A DNA stretch of 64,000 nucleotides, taken from contig OZ024743.1 of NCBI GenBank assembly GCA_964016885.1, positions 1 to 64,000 on the forward strand, written 5' to 3'. The DNA is from Eledone cirrhosa (taxonomy: Eukaryota). This document shows, in pieces, positions 1 through 16,255 of the stretch. How positions within the stretch are numbered: position 1 is the first letter of the stretch; each line of letters opens with the position of its first letter. A program made the position numbers and the translations under genes. The notes under the pieces were generated by a model, which saw only the letters and a list, made by a program, of their open reading frames with translations, was not told the DNA's origin and did no database searches.

Positions 1-275
1 GTATGTATATATATATATATATATGTATGTATATATATATATATATATGTATGTATATATATATATATATGTATGTATATATATGTATATATATATGTAT
101 GTATATATATATATATATATATGTATGTATATATATGTATATATATATGTATGTATATGTATATATATATATATGTATATATATATATGTATATATATAT
201 ATGTATATATATGTATATATATATATGTATATATATATATGTATATATATGTATATATATATATGTATATATATC
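1..275. repeat. (TA)n/(TATG) compound microsatellite
   Basis: Direct reading: TA runs punctuated by TG; source of spurious YI-rich ORFs. Confidence 0.98.
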
Positions 276-277
276 TA

Positions 278-452
278 TCTAAGGCGGGTAAAATTCCCGA
301 GATCCATGGACGAGTTCTCTCCAGCGGTCTCTGTCCCCTCATTATCGCTGCCATATCCTGCATCTCCAACAGACCAGTGTCTGTCCTTAGGGCATCAACA
401 TATGTTAACCTTGGTCTTCCTCTTCTAGTGTGTCCATGTAGGGGATCACTAA
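278..452 (-). mobile_element. 3' end fragment of an RTE-clade LINE
   Basis: Minus strand translates [35 protein letters not shown], the RGRP..TY.D.L..D C-terminal motif of RTE ORFs. Confidence 0.7.
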
Positions 453-453
453 C

Positions 454-456
454 GTG

Positions 457-505
<49 letters not shown>

Positions 506-520
506 GTATGTATATATATG

Positions 521-573
<53 letters not shown>

Positions 574-582
574 GTATATATG

Positions 583-655
<73 letters not shown>

Positions 656-920
656 GCATGTATATATATATATATATATGCATGTATATATATATATATA
701 TATGCATGTATATATATATATATATATATGCATGTATATATATATATATATGCATGTATATATATATATATATATGCATGTATATATATATATGTATATA
801 TATATGTATATATATATATATGCATGTATATATATATATATGCATGTATATATATATATATATATATATGCATGTATATATATATATATATATATGCATG
901 TATATATATATATATATATA
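454..920. repeat. (TA)n microsatellite with TG and TGCATG variant units
   Basis: Direct reading. Confidence 0.98.
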
Positions 921-928
921 CATTTCAG

Positions 929-1147
929 AGAAGCACAACTAATTTTAAAGAAAATTATGAAGAAAAATAAAATAGATCATGAAGAAGTTTTTGATATTTT
1001 TACAAATAATGAGATTTCATTGGAAAACAATTTTCAACAAAATATAGATGAGAAAAAAATATCAAAAAAAGAGCGAAACTACAGTTTTATTTATCTGTTT
1101 AGAACATTCCGGCTTGCAATGATCACACTTAATATTTGTTTTAGTTG
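929..1147 (+). CDS. Internal exon of an SLC22 / organic cation transporter-like MFS gene (central cytoplasmic loop into TM7)
   Basis: Translates [14 protein letters not shown]...[24 protein letters not shown], matching the SLC22 pattern EA..IL.K..K.N....F.DLFRT..L...TL...F.W. Acceptor tttcAG at 927-928 and donor TG|GTAAGT at 1148 split the Trp codon; 219 bp, phase 2-2. Confidence 0.8.
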
Positions 1148-1399
1148 GTAAGTATGTCTTTGTTATATTCTTCAATGTCTCATAACATATGGCTGTATTA
1201 TTATATTACTGTAATGTATTAAGTTATATATTACATAGGGCCCTTTTAAGGGGCCACGTTTAGGTGTATTAAAGTATTGTAAAATGTTTAGTTATACATA
1301 TCACAGGGCCCTTTTGGGAAACAATATTTTATGGCTTCATGCCCTCCTTCCTGGTATCAAGCGTTTTTAGTCATCACCTCTTACAAACTGCAGAGTTAT

Positions 1400-1630
1400 G
1401 GTGCACCTATTCAAAACCAAGATACAGAGTCACAGAAATGGAATGAGATGGTTGTATCATGTGTTGAGGAGGGATGAATATGGCTTATTGAGAGGAATAA
1501 GGTAAATGAATGTGAAAGGAAATGGAAGAAGCAAACAAACATGAAAGACATGGCTTAATATGATAGAAGAAATGAAAACCAGGGAGTTGGTGAGGGAGAG
1601 ATGCAGAAGATAAGACAAAATGGAGAAGCT
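1400..1630 (+). mobile_element. Degenerate RTE LINE 3' fragment
   Basis: Reads RWLYHVLRRDEYGLLRG...VKGNGR...KTW with stops. Confidence 0.55.
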
Positions 1631-2024
1631 TCTCATTGTGCCTAAAAGGTTAACCCTTGATTTAGTTTGGAAAATGTTCTTAAAATACTTGTTGTATTAG
1701 GTATTGAGATGAACTGAAGAATATTGAAGATTTAATATCTTTATATTGATAACATTTTTGTGTTTTATTGTACTATGATATTTTTCACCATGCTGACATG
1801 TATGTGTGTGTGCATGTGTATATAAATATAAGCGCACAAGCGCAGACGCACTTAGAAAAATACACACTCACAGATATACATTCACACAAATACACATACA
1901 TTCACACAAACTCACACATACATTCCCACAAACACACACATACATTTACACAAATACACACATTCACATACACTCATACACAGCATAGCAAATTGAACGC
2001 CAGCTGATGTTTTGCTATAATTTT

Positions 2025-2250
2025 TCACCATCTCCTTCCTTTTACATGCTTGTATGGGTTAGACAGGTTGTTACGTTATGAAGCCAGGCAGGTTATGTGA
2101 CATTGTATTACTCATACAATCTAATTTTGGCTTGGTTCTACAGCCGGATGCCCTTCCTAATGCTAGCCACATTACAATGTGTACTGGGTGCTTATTTTTA
2201 TGGCACCAGCACCTTACATGGTGGACTGGGTGCTTTTTGTCATGGCACAT
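2025..2250 (-). mobile_element. Degenerate SINE/RTE UTR module and tail
   Basis: Contains ggatgcccttcctaa and two gactgggtgc-type units shared with the younger copies. Confidence 0.65.
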
Positions 2251-2531
2251 GTGAGGGAAATTTAGTAAACAGAAATTGTGTGTAAGTCTGTTAGAGAGAT
2301 TATTCTCGAATGTTAGAGAGAAAAATCTGGTTCGTGTGTGTCTTTAACAGAATCCACTCAGTTGCAAGCATTCAGGTCTGAAGATGTTCCTCCAACCTTC
2401 TCTCCAGTCTTGCTGACACTAAAAAGGGTCATGGCTGCTTTCCTTCTTCCTATGACTAAGTGATAAAAAAAATGTTGGAATCAATCCAATTTAGTATCGT
2501 TTTCTCTTTTATGTAATTGGTCTTGTATAAT

Positions 2532-2760
2532 TCTTCTTCTTCTTCTTGAGAGGGTCGTGGGGGAAGAGTCTTCAAACACTCCTTCCAGCAGGTCCTGTCA
2601 GAAACAATCGTCTCCAACTGATCCAGCTAGATCCCCAAGTAAGACCAGCCAAGCTCATAAATGTTATCCAACCATCTTGCTCAGAGTCTTCCACTGGGTC
2701 TCCTGCCGGTTGGTTTTTCTCGTATATAAGATGTTAAGAGATAAAAGCCTCTGGTAGTTC
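2532..2760 (-). mobile_element. Rex3/Expander-like RTE 3' end with (GAA)n tail
   Basis: Minus strand KPTGRRPSGRL*ARWLDNIYELGWSYLGI*LDQLETIVSDRTCWKECLKTLP followed by gaagaagaa. Confidence 0.7.
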
Positions 2761-3215
2761 AATAGAACGAGTACCAGTAATATACTGTTTTATAATATTT
2801 ACAATTTTTATAATATTTAACAATTTGTGTATAGGCTGTGAGTGGGGTGGCAAAAGGTTTGAGAACCTATGTTCTACTAGATCAAAGAATGGAGGATCAA
2901 GAGGCTGTTTGTGTCTGCTCATCACTGTACAAGCACCTAAAACCTTCAGTAAAAGCATGGTTCATACTACTAAGTCATACTTGTTTGTAAGTGGTGGCTG
3001 TAGTTATAATGAAATAAACCCCTGAATGCAATATCCCAGTATAACCACAGAGGTAAAAGAATAAAAAAAATGTAACAAGAATAAAATTCAAAAGACTATT
3101 AAGCTTTAGTGATATAAGCAGATATATTAAATTTTTCTTATCTAAAATTAGTTGTAGCATTAGTAGTTAGTATTGGATTATTTTGTGAGAAGACAGATCA
3201 ACAAAGATTAATCTT

Positions 3216-4176
3216 TTAACCCTTTAAACTGTCCATATCCGGCTAGAATTCTCTCCCCTTCCCTTCAACCTGGTCGAAAACGGCCCCTCATATCGACGTT
3301 AAGGTATTCTTCTCAAATAAATAATATCATCAAAATCTCATAGATTCGATATTATGAAAGATAATTATGTAAATCTAGCAGAAAAACCACCTGAAGGGTG
3401 GTTTTCTGCTAGCATGTGTAGTGTGCATATTGATATTATACGCAAGTATATATGCATAATCCATGATACATTAAAAAAAAATATTTGGGCTGAGGAGGCC
3501 AAACTTTCCAAGTACCTTTCACTCTCCGACAGGTCTGCGGTCGTGCCCTTGACAGTGGAGACTTCTGGTGTCCTTGGCTCTAGGGCTACCTCCCTATTCA
3601 CCACCATAGGCGCTGATCTAGCCAGCTGCAGGTGTGAGCCTCGCGAGTTGGAATGGCTCTTCCAGTGCATCTCCCTTACCATCTTCCGGGGAAACGCCTT
3701 CTCCATCCTGTCTGCCAAGGCTGTGAGGAGGCCAGCACATGGGACCCCATTTGCTTACCATACGGATTAATAGGCAAAGTTATAAACTATTGTAAATAAA
3801 TGTTTGTGAATCATCGCTAGTATGACGAAAAAAAAAATTATATATAAACTGCATTAGGAGAAAATTAGGGACGGAAATATATGAATGTTTATTTAAGTGA
3901 TCGTTAACTGGAAGTGTTGACATTTGAAAATGTTAAAGAAGTGAATCTTTGAATAAGCAATAAAATATATTTAATCAAAAGCTACGAAATTTAGCAGATA
4001 AATTATTTAATATTGATTCATTATTTATTCAAAGTAATCCAACTTATTTTACAAACGGGATAAAAAATTATATTCTGGATGCAGTCCCGCACTCCTTTCT
4101 TTATTATAGTTAAGATAAAGCCTCTACCAAAAAATACTATAGTAAATATAGAGTAATGTAAATGCTAAAGGGTTAA
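3216..4176. mobile_element. piggyBac-like MITE with nested insertion
   Basis: TTAA|CCCTTTA at 3216 and TAAAGGG|TTAA at 4176; internal sequence matches the shorter copy ending at 5527. Confidence 0.75.
3487..3837 (+). mobile_element. CRE-like (RLE endonuclease) non-LTR retrotransposon 3' end
   Basis: KY..L....VVPLTVETSGVLG...IG..L.....EPRELEWLFQCISLTIFRGNA motif typical of the CRE-clade C-terminus; aataaa and an A tail at 3828-3837. Confidence 0.75.
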
Positions 4177-4799
4177 GCTGAAAGTATGTTTTAGGCCAGT
4201 TGATACTTTAAATTTAAGTTATGTACAAATATTAGTAGGTTTTGTTGTAGTGCAGACTCAAGAATGAGGTTATGATTAGTTTAAAGTTTTTTTTAACCAG
4301 ATATTTTATATAGAGTTTAGAAATGAATAATTAATTCTTTCATGACTGTGTTTCTAATGAAATACACTCTATTTTAATTAATTAATTTATGAAGAATTTT
4401 GAGGGATTTACTAAAATTATTAATTATTTCATTACTAAGATAGTAACTTAATGCAATGGAAGATATGGAAGATTTTAGTTTAAATTGGAAACTTTTAAAA
4501 TGAGTGATTTTATTTCATAGAACCAGAGTGGGGTTGGTAACTAAAGGGTTAACTCTTAATATCTTACACCACATGAAACCACATTAACAAGGCATTATTG
4601 AAAAGTACAAAACAACACTATGAATGCATCACATAAAAAACTAGTCTTTATTAGCATATTTTTGCAATGTCTGTAAATGTACTATACACTTTTGAATTAG
4701 CAAGACATTCTTAAAATCACAAAACAACATTATAACTATATCACATTAAAAATTAGAGTCCCCCTCCTCCTTTGCCCACCTATAAGTGTGCAAAAGCTA

Positions 4800-5097
4800 C
4801 ATTTAAACACGATAAATTGACAGCTATTACCTCAAGCCAATGTAATAATGACACAGTTATCATGGATCTGGATCAAGGGAGGCTTCAATAATTATCTTGG
4901 TGTAAATGAAGGAAAAGGGATTCAGCATGATCAATGAAAAACAAGATCAGGAAAGAATATTATAGACGTGTTAAAATGGTCCAGAATAGAATTGAAGCTA
5001 TAAACTCCCTAGCTGTGCCTGTTGTCCAGTATAGCCTTAATCAATTGGAGTTTGAATGAACTCCACCGTATGGACATAAAACTAGGAAACTGCTGAC
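4800..5097 (+). mobile_element. R4/Dong-clade non-LTR RT fragment
   Basis: YLGVNEGKGIQH..KIRKEYYRRVK..NRIEAINSLAVPVVQYS..KTRKLL with frameshifts. Confidence 0.7.
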
Positions 5098-5527
5098 ATT
5101 ATCTCTTTAGCAATTGGGCGGTGGATTGGCAGTATCGGTAGAGGGTCGGACGCCATGCTTTCCAGCGTAGTTACGTCCCTTTATGATCTGAGTTCAAATC
5201 CCGCCGAGGTTGACTTTGCCTTTCATCCTTACGGGGTCGATAAAATAAAGTACCAGTAATGCACTGGGTATTTGCTGGCCTTGTGTCTAAACTAGAAACA
5301 ATTATCTCTTTAGCAATTAAAACCAGCCGTATCTGGCCAGAATTCTCTCACCTTTTTCTGTTCAAACTGGCTGTAAATGGTTATTCATATATATGTAAGA
5401 TATTGCTCTCAAAATAAATATCAAAATCTCGTAGATTCGATATTATGTGAGATAATTCTGTGAGATAAAGTGTTTACCGTGGAAATACAATAATAAATAT
5501 AGAGTAATATAAATGCTAAAGGGTTAA
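5098..5527. mobile_element. piggyBac-like MITE, short copy with SINE in its left TIR
   Basis: Decayed left end ttatctctttagca and right end tgctaaaggg|TTAA. Confidence 0.65.
5116..5300 (+). mobile_element. tRNA-derived SINE with Meta-type core
   Basis: A box tggcagtatcgg, B box gagttcaaatcc, core gcctttcatccttacggggtcgataaaataaagtacc; 18-bp TSD attatctctttagcaatt at 5098-5115 and 5301-5318. Confidence 0.85.
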
Positions 5528-5689
5528 CATATACGCCTATGTTTATATTTAAGCTAAAATATAAGTTATCACCTTTTTTGTCTTTTCAACTTCAAAATAT
5601 CTACTTTAGTGAACATTTCAATATCGTCACGTCATTTATTGTCAATGTTTAAATCTCTACGTACCTTTAAATATGTAACTACAATAACT

Positions 5690-5892
5690 ATAGCAGTAAA
5701 GTATCGGACAACATGCTTTCAGCATAGTTACGACACTTTATGTTCTGTGTTCAAATCCCGCCAAGGTTAGCTTTGCCTTTCATCCTTACAGGGTCGATAA
5801 AATAAAGTACCAGTAACTAACTGGGATCAATTTAATCGACTTTCTCCTTCCCACAAAAATTGTTGGCCTTGGGCCTAAATTAGAAACCAATA
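5690..5892 (+). mobile_element. Older copy of the Meta-type SINE
   Basis: Same B box and core as 5116-5300, more diverged. Confidence 0.8.
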
Positions 5893-6285
5893 ATTATATC
5901 CTCTATAGAGAATAATCTATTTTTTTTTCTACTGGTTTTCATGGACTAATAGCATCTATATTTATTAGGTTTTTTCCATACGCTGACGTGTATGTGTGTT
6001 AGTGCATATGCATACATTTATATGTATGAGTATATAAATATAATTACGCAAACACAAACATGCTTACAAAAAATACACACTCACAGACATACATTCACAC
6101 AAACACACACATACATACACACAAATACACACATACATTCACAGAGAGAGAGAGAGAGATAAGCGTGAAAAATAATCCACTGTTATTTTGGTTAGGTGTG
6201 TTGAGCTTGATACATTAGTATAGAAATAATTGTAGAAATTAAAGATGGAATTTGAATAAAAAACTTTTTTCCCCCTTTTGCCTTA

Positions 6286-6740
6286 ATCTATACTATAAAG
6301 CTGACAGCCATATGTAGATAACACACTTTCCGCCAAACGGCTGGACCAAACAGCACCAAATTTGCACCATAGATGTAACTTTTTCCAAGTAAAAAAGTGA
6401 GGCTATTTTTGTATACTGAATTTTGTTAAAAGATTAAAGACATTTAAATATTCACTTCTTTAAAATTTCAAATGTCAACACTTCCGGTTATACGTCATTC
6501 CTCACTTTTTCTTATGACGTTGCACAACATTCCCCTCTTTTTCTTAGTCTGTCTTTTTAGATAGATACATAGCTATAACGTAGCGCAATTACAATATGTC
6601 TCTGTATGTCTGGCTGTCTGCATTAGATAACGTTTTTCGGGATATTTACTTCTGTGTGTGTGTATGTGAGTTTCAGAAGATCCCGTTAAGGGTGAAAGCA
6701 GCGATTCTTTGCTTAAACTTTAATCTGTTATTTTAATATA
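6286..6740 (+). mobile_element. 5' part of a non-autonomous Helitron-like element
   Basis: A|TCTATACTATAAAG start and aaacggctggacc..accaaatttg motif common in invertebrate Helitron derivatives; no 3' CTAG hairpin seen. Confidence 0.5.
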
Positions 6741-6741
6741 T

Positions 6742-7797
6742 ATGTGTTCTGGGGCAATAAGTAGCAGCAAGTGCCCACAAAATACTAGCTCTTTCAACTG
6801 CGCAGAGGGTTCTATAGAAATAGTGGACAGCTTCCGTTACCTGGGTGACAAAATCAGCAGTGGGGGAGGGTGCTCTGAAAGTACAGTAGCTAGAGTCAGA
6901 ACTGGGTGGAAAAAGTTCAGAGAGCTTATACCACTATTAGCCGCGAAAGGGTTCTCCCTAAAAATGAAAGGCAGGCTGTACGATGCCTGCATACGAACAG
7001 CAATGTTGCATGGCAGTGAGACCTGGGCATTGTGTGCAGAGGATATACGCAGACTAGAGAGAAACGAAGATTGCATGCTCCGCTGGATGTGTAATAGTAA
7101 TATACGTGAACGACAAAGCATAAACGAACAAAGGAAAAAATTAGAAATAAGAGGGATCAGATGTTGTTTACTAGAGAGAAGGCTACGTTGGTATGGTCAC
7201 GTGATGCGCATGAAAGACGATAGCTGTATAACAAAGTGCAGGGCAATAAAAATAGACGGTAGCCACGGAATAGGCAGGCCCAGAAAAACCTGGGACGAGC
7301 TGATAAACTCCGACCTCACACACTTACACCTCACCAAGACAATGTCACTGGACCGAGACCTTTGGTGGTACTCAGTAATAGAGAAGACCCGCCTTACCTA
7401 AATACAAAGTAAAACCTACTACAGTCAGTAGGCATCTCTAACAAAATACACCCCCGTCCCACCACCCCCACCCCATCCACACCGCCCCCTTCTATGTAAA
7501 GTTATGTTGGTGCCACACCATCCAGGCCGAAACAAATGAGATCGTGTAGGTGTCACGACAAAAAAACACACAGTCCACGCTGTAATGTGGCCGTGTAGGC
7601 AACACGGTAAAAACCTCCCAGACCCACACTATAAATGTGGTTGGTGTTAGGAAGGGCATCCAACTGTAGAAAACCTGCCAGACAGTCCTATGCGAGCAAG
7701 ACAATCACTCTTGCCTCAAGTGGGAAAACCCCCGTCTAAACCCATGCAAGCGTGGAACACGGACGTTAAACATTGATGATGATGATGATGATGATGC
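6742..7797 (+). mobile_element. RTE LINE subfamily A, 5'-truncated
   Basis: ORF 6742-7401 ([29 protein letters not shown]), ~370-nt 3'UTR, (GAT)n tail. Confidence 0.95.
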
Positions 7798-8286
7798 ATG
7801 TATGTATGTATGTATATATATATATATATGTATGTATATATATATATGTATGTATGTATATATATATATGTATGTATGTATATATATATATATATATGTA
7901 TGTATATATATATATATATGTATGTATATATATATATATATGTATGTATATATATATATATATGTATGTATATATATATATATATGTATGTATATATATA
8001 TATATATATATGTATGTATATATATATATATATGTATGTATATATATATATATATATGTATGTATATATATATATGTATGTATATATATATATATATGTA
8101 TGTATATATATATATGTATGTATATATATATATATATGTATGTATGTATATATATATATGTATGTATGTATATATATATGTATGTATGTATATATATATG
8201 TATGTATATATATATATGTATGTATGTATATATATATGTATGTATATATATATATATATATATGTATGTATATATATATATATATG

Positions 8287-8370
<84 letters not shown>
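7798..8370. repeat. (TA)n/(TATG) microsatellite
   Basis: Direct reading. Confidence 0.98.
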
Positions 8371-8372
<2 letters not shown>

Positions 8373-8520
8373 GATTTTGAGTTTATGTTGGTTGTATACC
8401 AACACCTCAGTATGCAGGCTGGAGCACTCGACGAAGTGCGCAGGTTGGTTTGGTTACTCCGGAGTAGTGTAAAATAAAGTTAAATAAAAGTCAAATGATT
8501 AAAATTTAGCTTCGTTTATT

Positions 8521-8575
8521 ACTGCTATATATATTTCAGTGACAGCCATCTTTGGCTGTGACCTCTTCAGGCAGT
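8521..8575 (-). ncRNA. Minimal type I hammerhead ribozyme (left arm)
   Basis: Reverse complement of the 8910-8964 motif. Confidence 0.85.
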
Positions 8576-8909
8576 TTGAATTAGTATGGTATAGACAAGT
8601 ACATATGTTGTTTAGGTGTATGATATTGTCAATACTCTGATATGCCCAGTTCCTTGTTGGGTTGTTAATTCACTGGGGAACTGGAGTCATATGAATTCAA
8701 ACAAACAAATTTTAGTGTCACAGGTCCCCTTCTCCTCTCATTGGTCAGTTATTAGTGTTGTCATTGTTGGAGTTAGCTTAAAAATTGAATTCATATGACT
8801 CCAGTTCCCCAGTGAATTAACAACCCAACAAGGAACTGGGCATATCAGAGTATTGACAATATCATACACCTAAACAACATATGTACTTGTCTATACCATA
8901 CTAATTCAA

Positions 8910-8964
8910 ACTGCCTGAAGAGGTCACAGCCAAAGATGGCTGTCACTGAAATATATATAGCAGT
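8910..8964 (+). ncRNA. Minimal type I hammerhead ribozyme (right arm)
   Basis: ACTGC-CTGAAGA-GGTCACAGCC aaagat GGCTGTCACT-GAAA-TATATA-TA-GCAGT: stem I, CUGANGA, stem II, GAAA, palindromic stem III, UH site. Confidence 0.85.
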
Positions 8965-9014
8965 AATAAACGAAGCTAAATTTTAATCATTTGACTTTTA
9001 TTTAACTTTATTTT

Positions 9015-12255
<3,241 letters not shown>

Positions 12256-12265
12256 TCATATATGT

Positions 12266-12594
12266 ATTTCATTTTACGTCCGCTTTTTCCCTGCTTGCAA
12301 GGGTGGGACGGGAACTGATTCTGGCTTGATTTCTACAGCTGGATGCCCTTCCTAACACCAACCTCATTTACAGTGAGTGCTGGGTGTTTTTTGCCGTGGC
12401 GCCTCCACGACCACTTTACAGTGGAATGATAGGGACCCCAGTCCTATCATCTCATTTCTACAGCTGAGTAAACTGGAGCAATGTGAAATAAAGTGTCTTG
12501 CTCAAGGAAACAACACATCACCCGGTCTGAGAATTGAACTCACAACCGTTCGATTGCAGAGCCAATGCTCTAACCACTAAGCCATATGCCTCCA
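12266..12594 (-). mobile_element. tRNA-CORE SINE with RTE-derived body and tail
   Basis: Head tggcttagtggttagagc..gagttcaattctc, CORE-like ccttgagcaagacactttatttcac, aggaagggcatcc module, tail nearly identical to the RTE subfamily B 3' end. Confidence 0.9.
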
Positions 12595-12636
12595 TATGTA
12601 TATATATACATATGTATATATATATGTATATGTATA

Positions 12637-12675
<39 letters not shown>

Positions 12676-12760
12676 ATATATATATATGTATGTATATATA
12701 TATATATGTATGTATATATATATATATGTATGTATGTATATATATATATATATATGTATG

Positions 12761-12798
<38 letters not shown>

Positions 12799-12802
12799 TG
12801 TA

Positions 12803-15800
12803 TCATCATCATCATCATCAACGTTTAACGTCCGTGTTCCACGCTTGCATGGGTTTGGACGGGGGTATTCCCACTTGAGGCAAGAGTGATTATCTTGCTC
12901 GCATAGGACTGTCTGGCAGGTTTTCTACAGTTGGATGTCCTTCCTAACACCAACCACATTTACAGTGTGGGTCTGGGAGGTTTTTACCGTGTTGCCTACA
13001 CGGCCACATTACAGCGTGGACTGTGTGTTTTTTTGTCGTGACACCTACACGATCTCATTTGTTTCGGCCTGGATGGTGTGGCACCAACATAACTTTACAT
13101 AGAAGGGGGTGGTGTGGATGTGGTGGGGGTGGTGGGACGGGTGTATTTTGTTAGAGATGCCTACTGGCTGCGTATATCCTCTGCACACAATGCCCAGGTC
13201 TCACTGCCATGCAACATTGTTGTTCGTATGCAGGCATCATACAGCCTGCCTTTCATTTTTAGTGAAAACCCTTTAGTAGCCAATAGTGGTATAAGCTCTC
13301 TGAACTTTTTCCATCCCGTTCTGACTCTAGCTACTGTACTTTCGGAGCACCCTCCACCACTGCTGATTTTCTCACCCAGGTAACGGAAGGTATCCACTAT
13401 TTCTATAGAACCATCTGTGCAATGGAATGAGATAGTATTCTGTGGGCACTTGCTGCTACTTATTGCACCAGAGCACCGGCCACATATAAAATCTATATTC
13501 TTAGTTAGCTTACCTGAGATCCCACTACATCTTTTATGCACCCATACTTTGCATTTGGGACATAATATGGAGTTTCTGCCTACTCCTTTCCTACACACTG
13601 AGCATGGCCATTTTCCTTCCTACAAACTAGAACTTTAGTCTTAGACAGGTTAATTTTAAGGCCTTTTGATTCTAGGCCATGCTTCCATATTTGGAATTTC
13701 TTCTCTAGTTCGGCCATTGATTCAGCTATGAGCGTTAGATCATCTGCGTATAGGAGTTCCCATGGGCAGCCGGTCTTGAACTCCTCTGTTATAGCCTGAA
13801 GGGCAATAATAAATAGGAGGAGGCTAATGACGGAGCTCTGATGAACACCAACCTTTACGCTAAACTCTTCACTATATTCGTTGTTAATTCTAACCTTGCT
13901 GACTGTTTCTTTATACATGGCTTGTATAGCTCTCACAAGCCATTCATCAACACCTAGTTTTCTAAGAGCCCACCAGATAATGGAGTGGGCGACTCTGTCA
14001 AAGGCTTTCTCTAAGTCAACAAAAGCTAAGTATAGGGGTTTACTTTTAGCTAGGTACTTCTCCTGTAGTTGTCGTACAAGGAAAAAAGTGTCTGTGGTAC
14101 TTTTACCTGACACAAACCCGAACTGCATTTCATCTAGATAAATTCGCTCTCTGATTAGTTTTGCTATTACTTTTTCTGTGACCTTCATGACCTGGTCGAT
14201 TAATTTAATGCCTCTATAGTTACCCCTATCTAGGGCATCTCCTTTACCCATGTAGCAGTTAATGAGGATGCTGCTACGCCAGTCCTTTGGAACGACCCCA
14301 TTCTGTATGACTTGGTTTACTATCCGGGTGACCATAGTGTGTCCCACCGTTCTAGATGCTTTTAGCATTTCAGCAACTATTTCCGAAGGCCCAGCCGCCT
14401 TACCCGTCTTCATATCTTTGATTGCCTTACTTATTATACTACCTTCAACTAGCATTGCTGGTCCCTCTATTGGATCGATGTGGGGGAGACTGTCTTTCTC
14501 CCATTTATTCTCCTCAATTAGTAGCCTTTCGTAGTGACACTTCCAAGCTACCTCCTTATCAGCATCAGTGATGGCAAGTACACCATCATCATTAAGGACA
14601 CACTTCTCCCCGACAATATCACTGTTTTCCTTGACACATTGCCTAGCAATCCTGAACACCTCACGTTTTTGGTCCTCACGTTGTAGAACATGCTTGAACT
14701 TTCTTTCCTCTGCTTCCCTTCTTGCGAAGTACACTTGTCTCCTAGCTTCCCTCCTGGCCACTTGTTAGTCTTCTCTACTTCCCCCATCCCACCATACTTT
14801 CCAAGCCTGCTTTTTGGCCTTAATTGACTCCTCCACCTTATTGTTCCACCACCAATTTACTCTCCTCCTCCCTATAGGCCTGCTCCAGCCACAGGCATCA
14901 TCTGCCGCCTTCTGCAGGTTAGCTTTCAGGATTTCCCACTGTTCCTCTATATTGTACGACTCTTATTGCTCTTCCTTACTGTCAAAAGCATCAAGTAATA
15001 TGCTTTTAAATTTATTACTGGCTGTGGGGTCCTTTAGCTTCCATATTTTTCTCCTGAGGATAGTCCTCCTCTGAAGTTGAGTACGTCTTGTCCTGACTAC
15101 GAGGTCGCTGACTATGAGTCTATGTTGGGAGGTGCATTCTTCATGGGGGAGCGATTTAGTGTTTACGACAGACACTCTATCACGTCTTCTGGTAAGGATA
15201 TAATCTATCTGACTGGCGTGTTCCCCTGATCTATAGGTGATCAAGTGATTGTCTCATTTTTTGAAGTTAGTGTTACAGACAGTTAGGTTATTTGCATCAC
15301 AGAATTCCAGGATTCTGGCGCCTTCCTCATTTCTGGTACCAAACCCATAGCCTCCATGGATTCCGTCATAGCCATCACAATGTTGTCCAACGTGACCATT
15401 TAGGTCGCCAGCAATAATTATGTAGTCACTGTAGGTTATTTGGGAGGTAGTGAGCATATATGTCTCATAGAATCTGTCTTTTATAGCACCAGGCAGTCCA
15501 GATTGGGGTGTGTATGCAGATATTACTGTCACAGTAGTTCTATTTAGGACAAGTCTTATTTTAATTATTCTGTCGTTCACTCTATTTACGTCTATTATCT
15601 TATCTGCCCATTTTTCTGCTAACATGATTCCTACCCCACCCAGCCCATTGTCATTTCCCACCCAGAAAAGCTTATAGCATCGTTTTTTACCCACAATGAA
15701 TCTAGCAGACCCGCCCCTTCACCTGGTCTCTTGGATACAGCAAACATCAACCTCCTCACGTGCAAGCATTTCTACAACCTCGTTAGAGCGATCTTTTAAG

Positions 15801-16255
15801 GTGCCTACATTCATGGTACCAACTCTGAAGTTTTGGATTGCATTTGGTGGGGTGCGGGGAGGGGTGAGGGGAGGGGTGAGTGGACTGGGGTTGGGGTTAT
15901 GTTGGCCATCCGCGGCCGAAATAAAGAGGAGGAGTCCTTGCCTTTTCGTTCGGCAGCATGAGGTGAATTTGTCTTTATCTTTGGCATTGTCACTTAGTGT
16001 CCAGGTTTTTTCAGACTCTACAGAATTTCCTAGTCCATCCATCATATCGAAAGGCAACCTGAAGAAGTGATAGCATAGGCCGCTGACTTATGATTGGTCG
16101 AAATAATAATAATGGTGGTGAGTGGAGGTGGGTGGGAGGGGTAGTTAGCGAGAAGGTTTAAATAAAATACTCGAAATTTGGGCATAATTAGACAAGCATA
16201 TAACAGTAATAATCGAATAATATTTAATACAACTTGACAGAATTATAGAATAGCA
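12803..16255 (-). mobile_element. Near full-length RTE LINE subfamily A (APE-RT-PHD), frameshifted and internally deleted
   Basis: ORF pieces 15719-16057, 15254-15694 and 14963-15244 (GTMNV, IQETR, AGDLNGH, QIDY, QHRL = APE); 13580-14761 (RT, YADD); 13161-13598 (PHD); 3'UTR and (GAT)n tail at 12803-13165. Confidence 0.95.
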
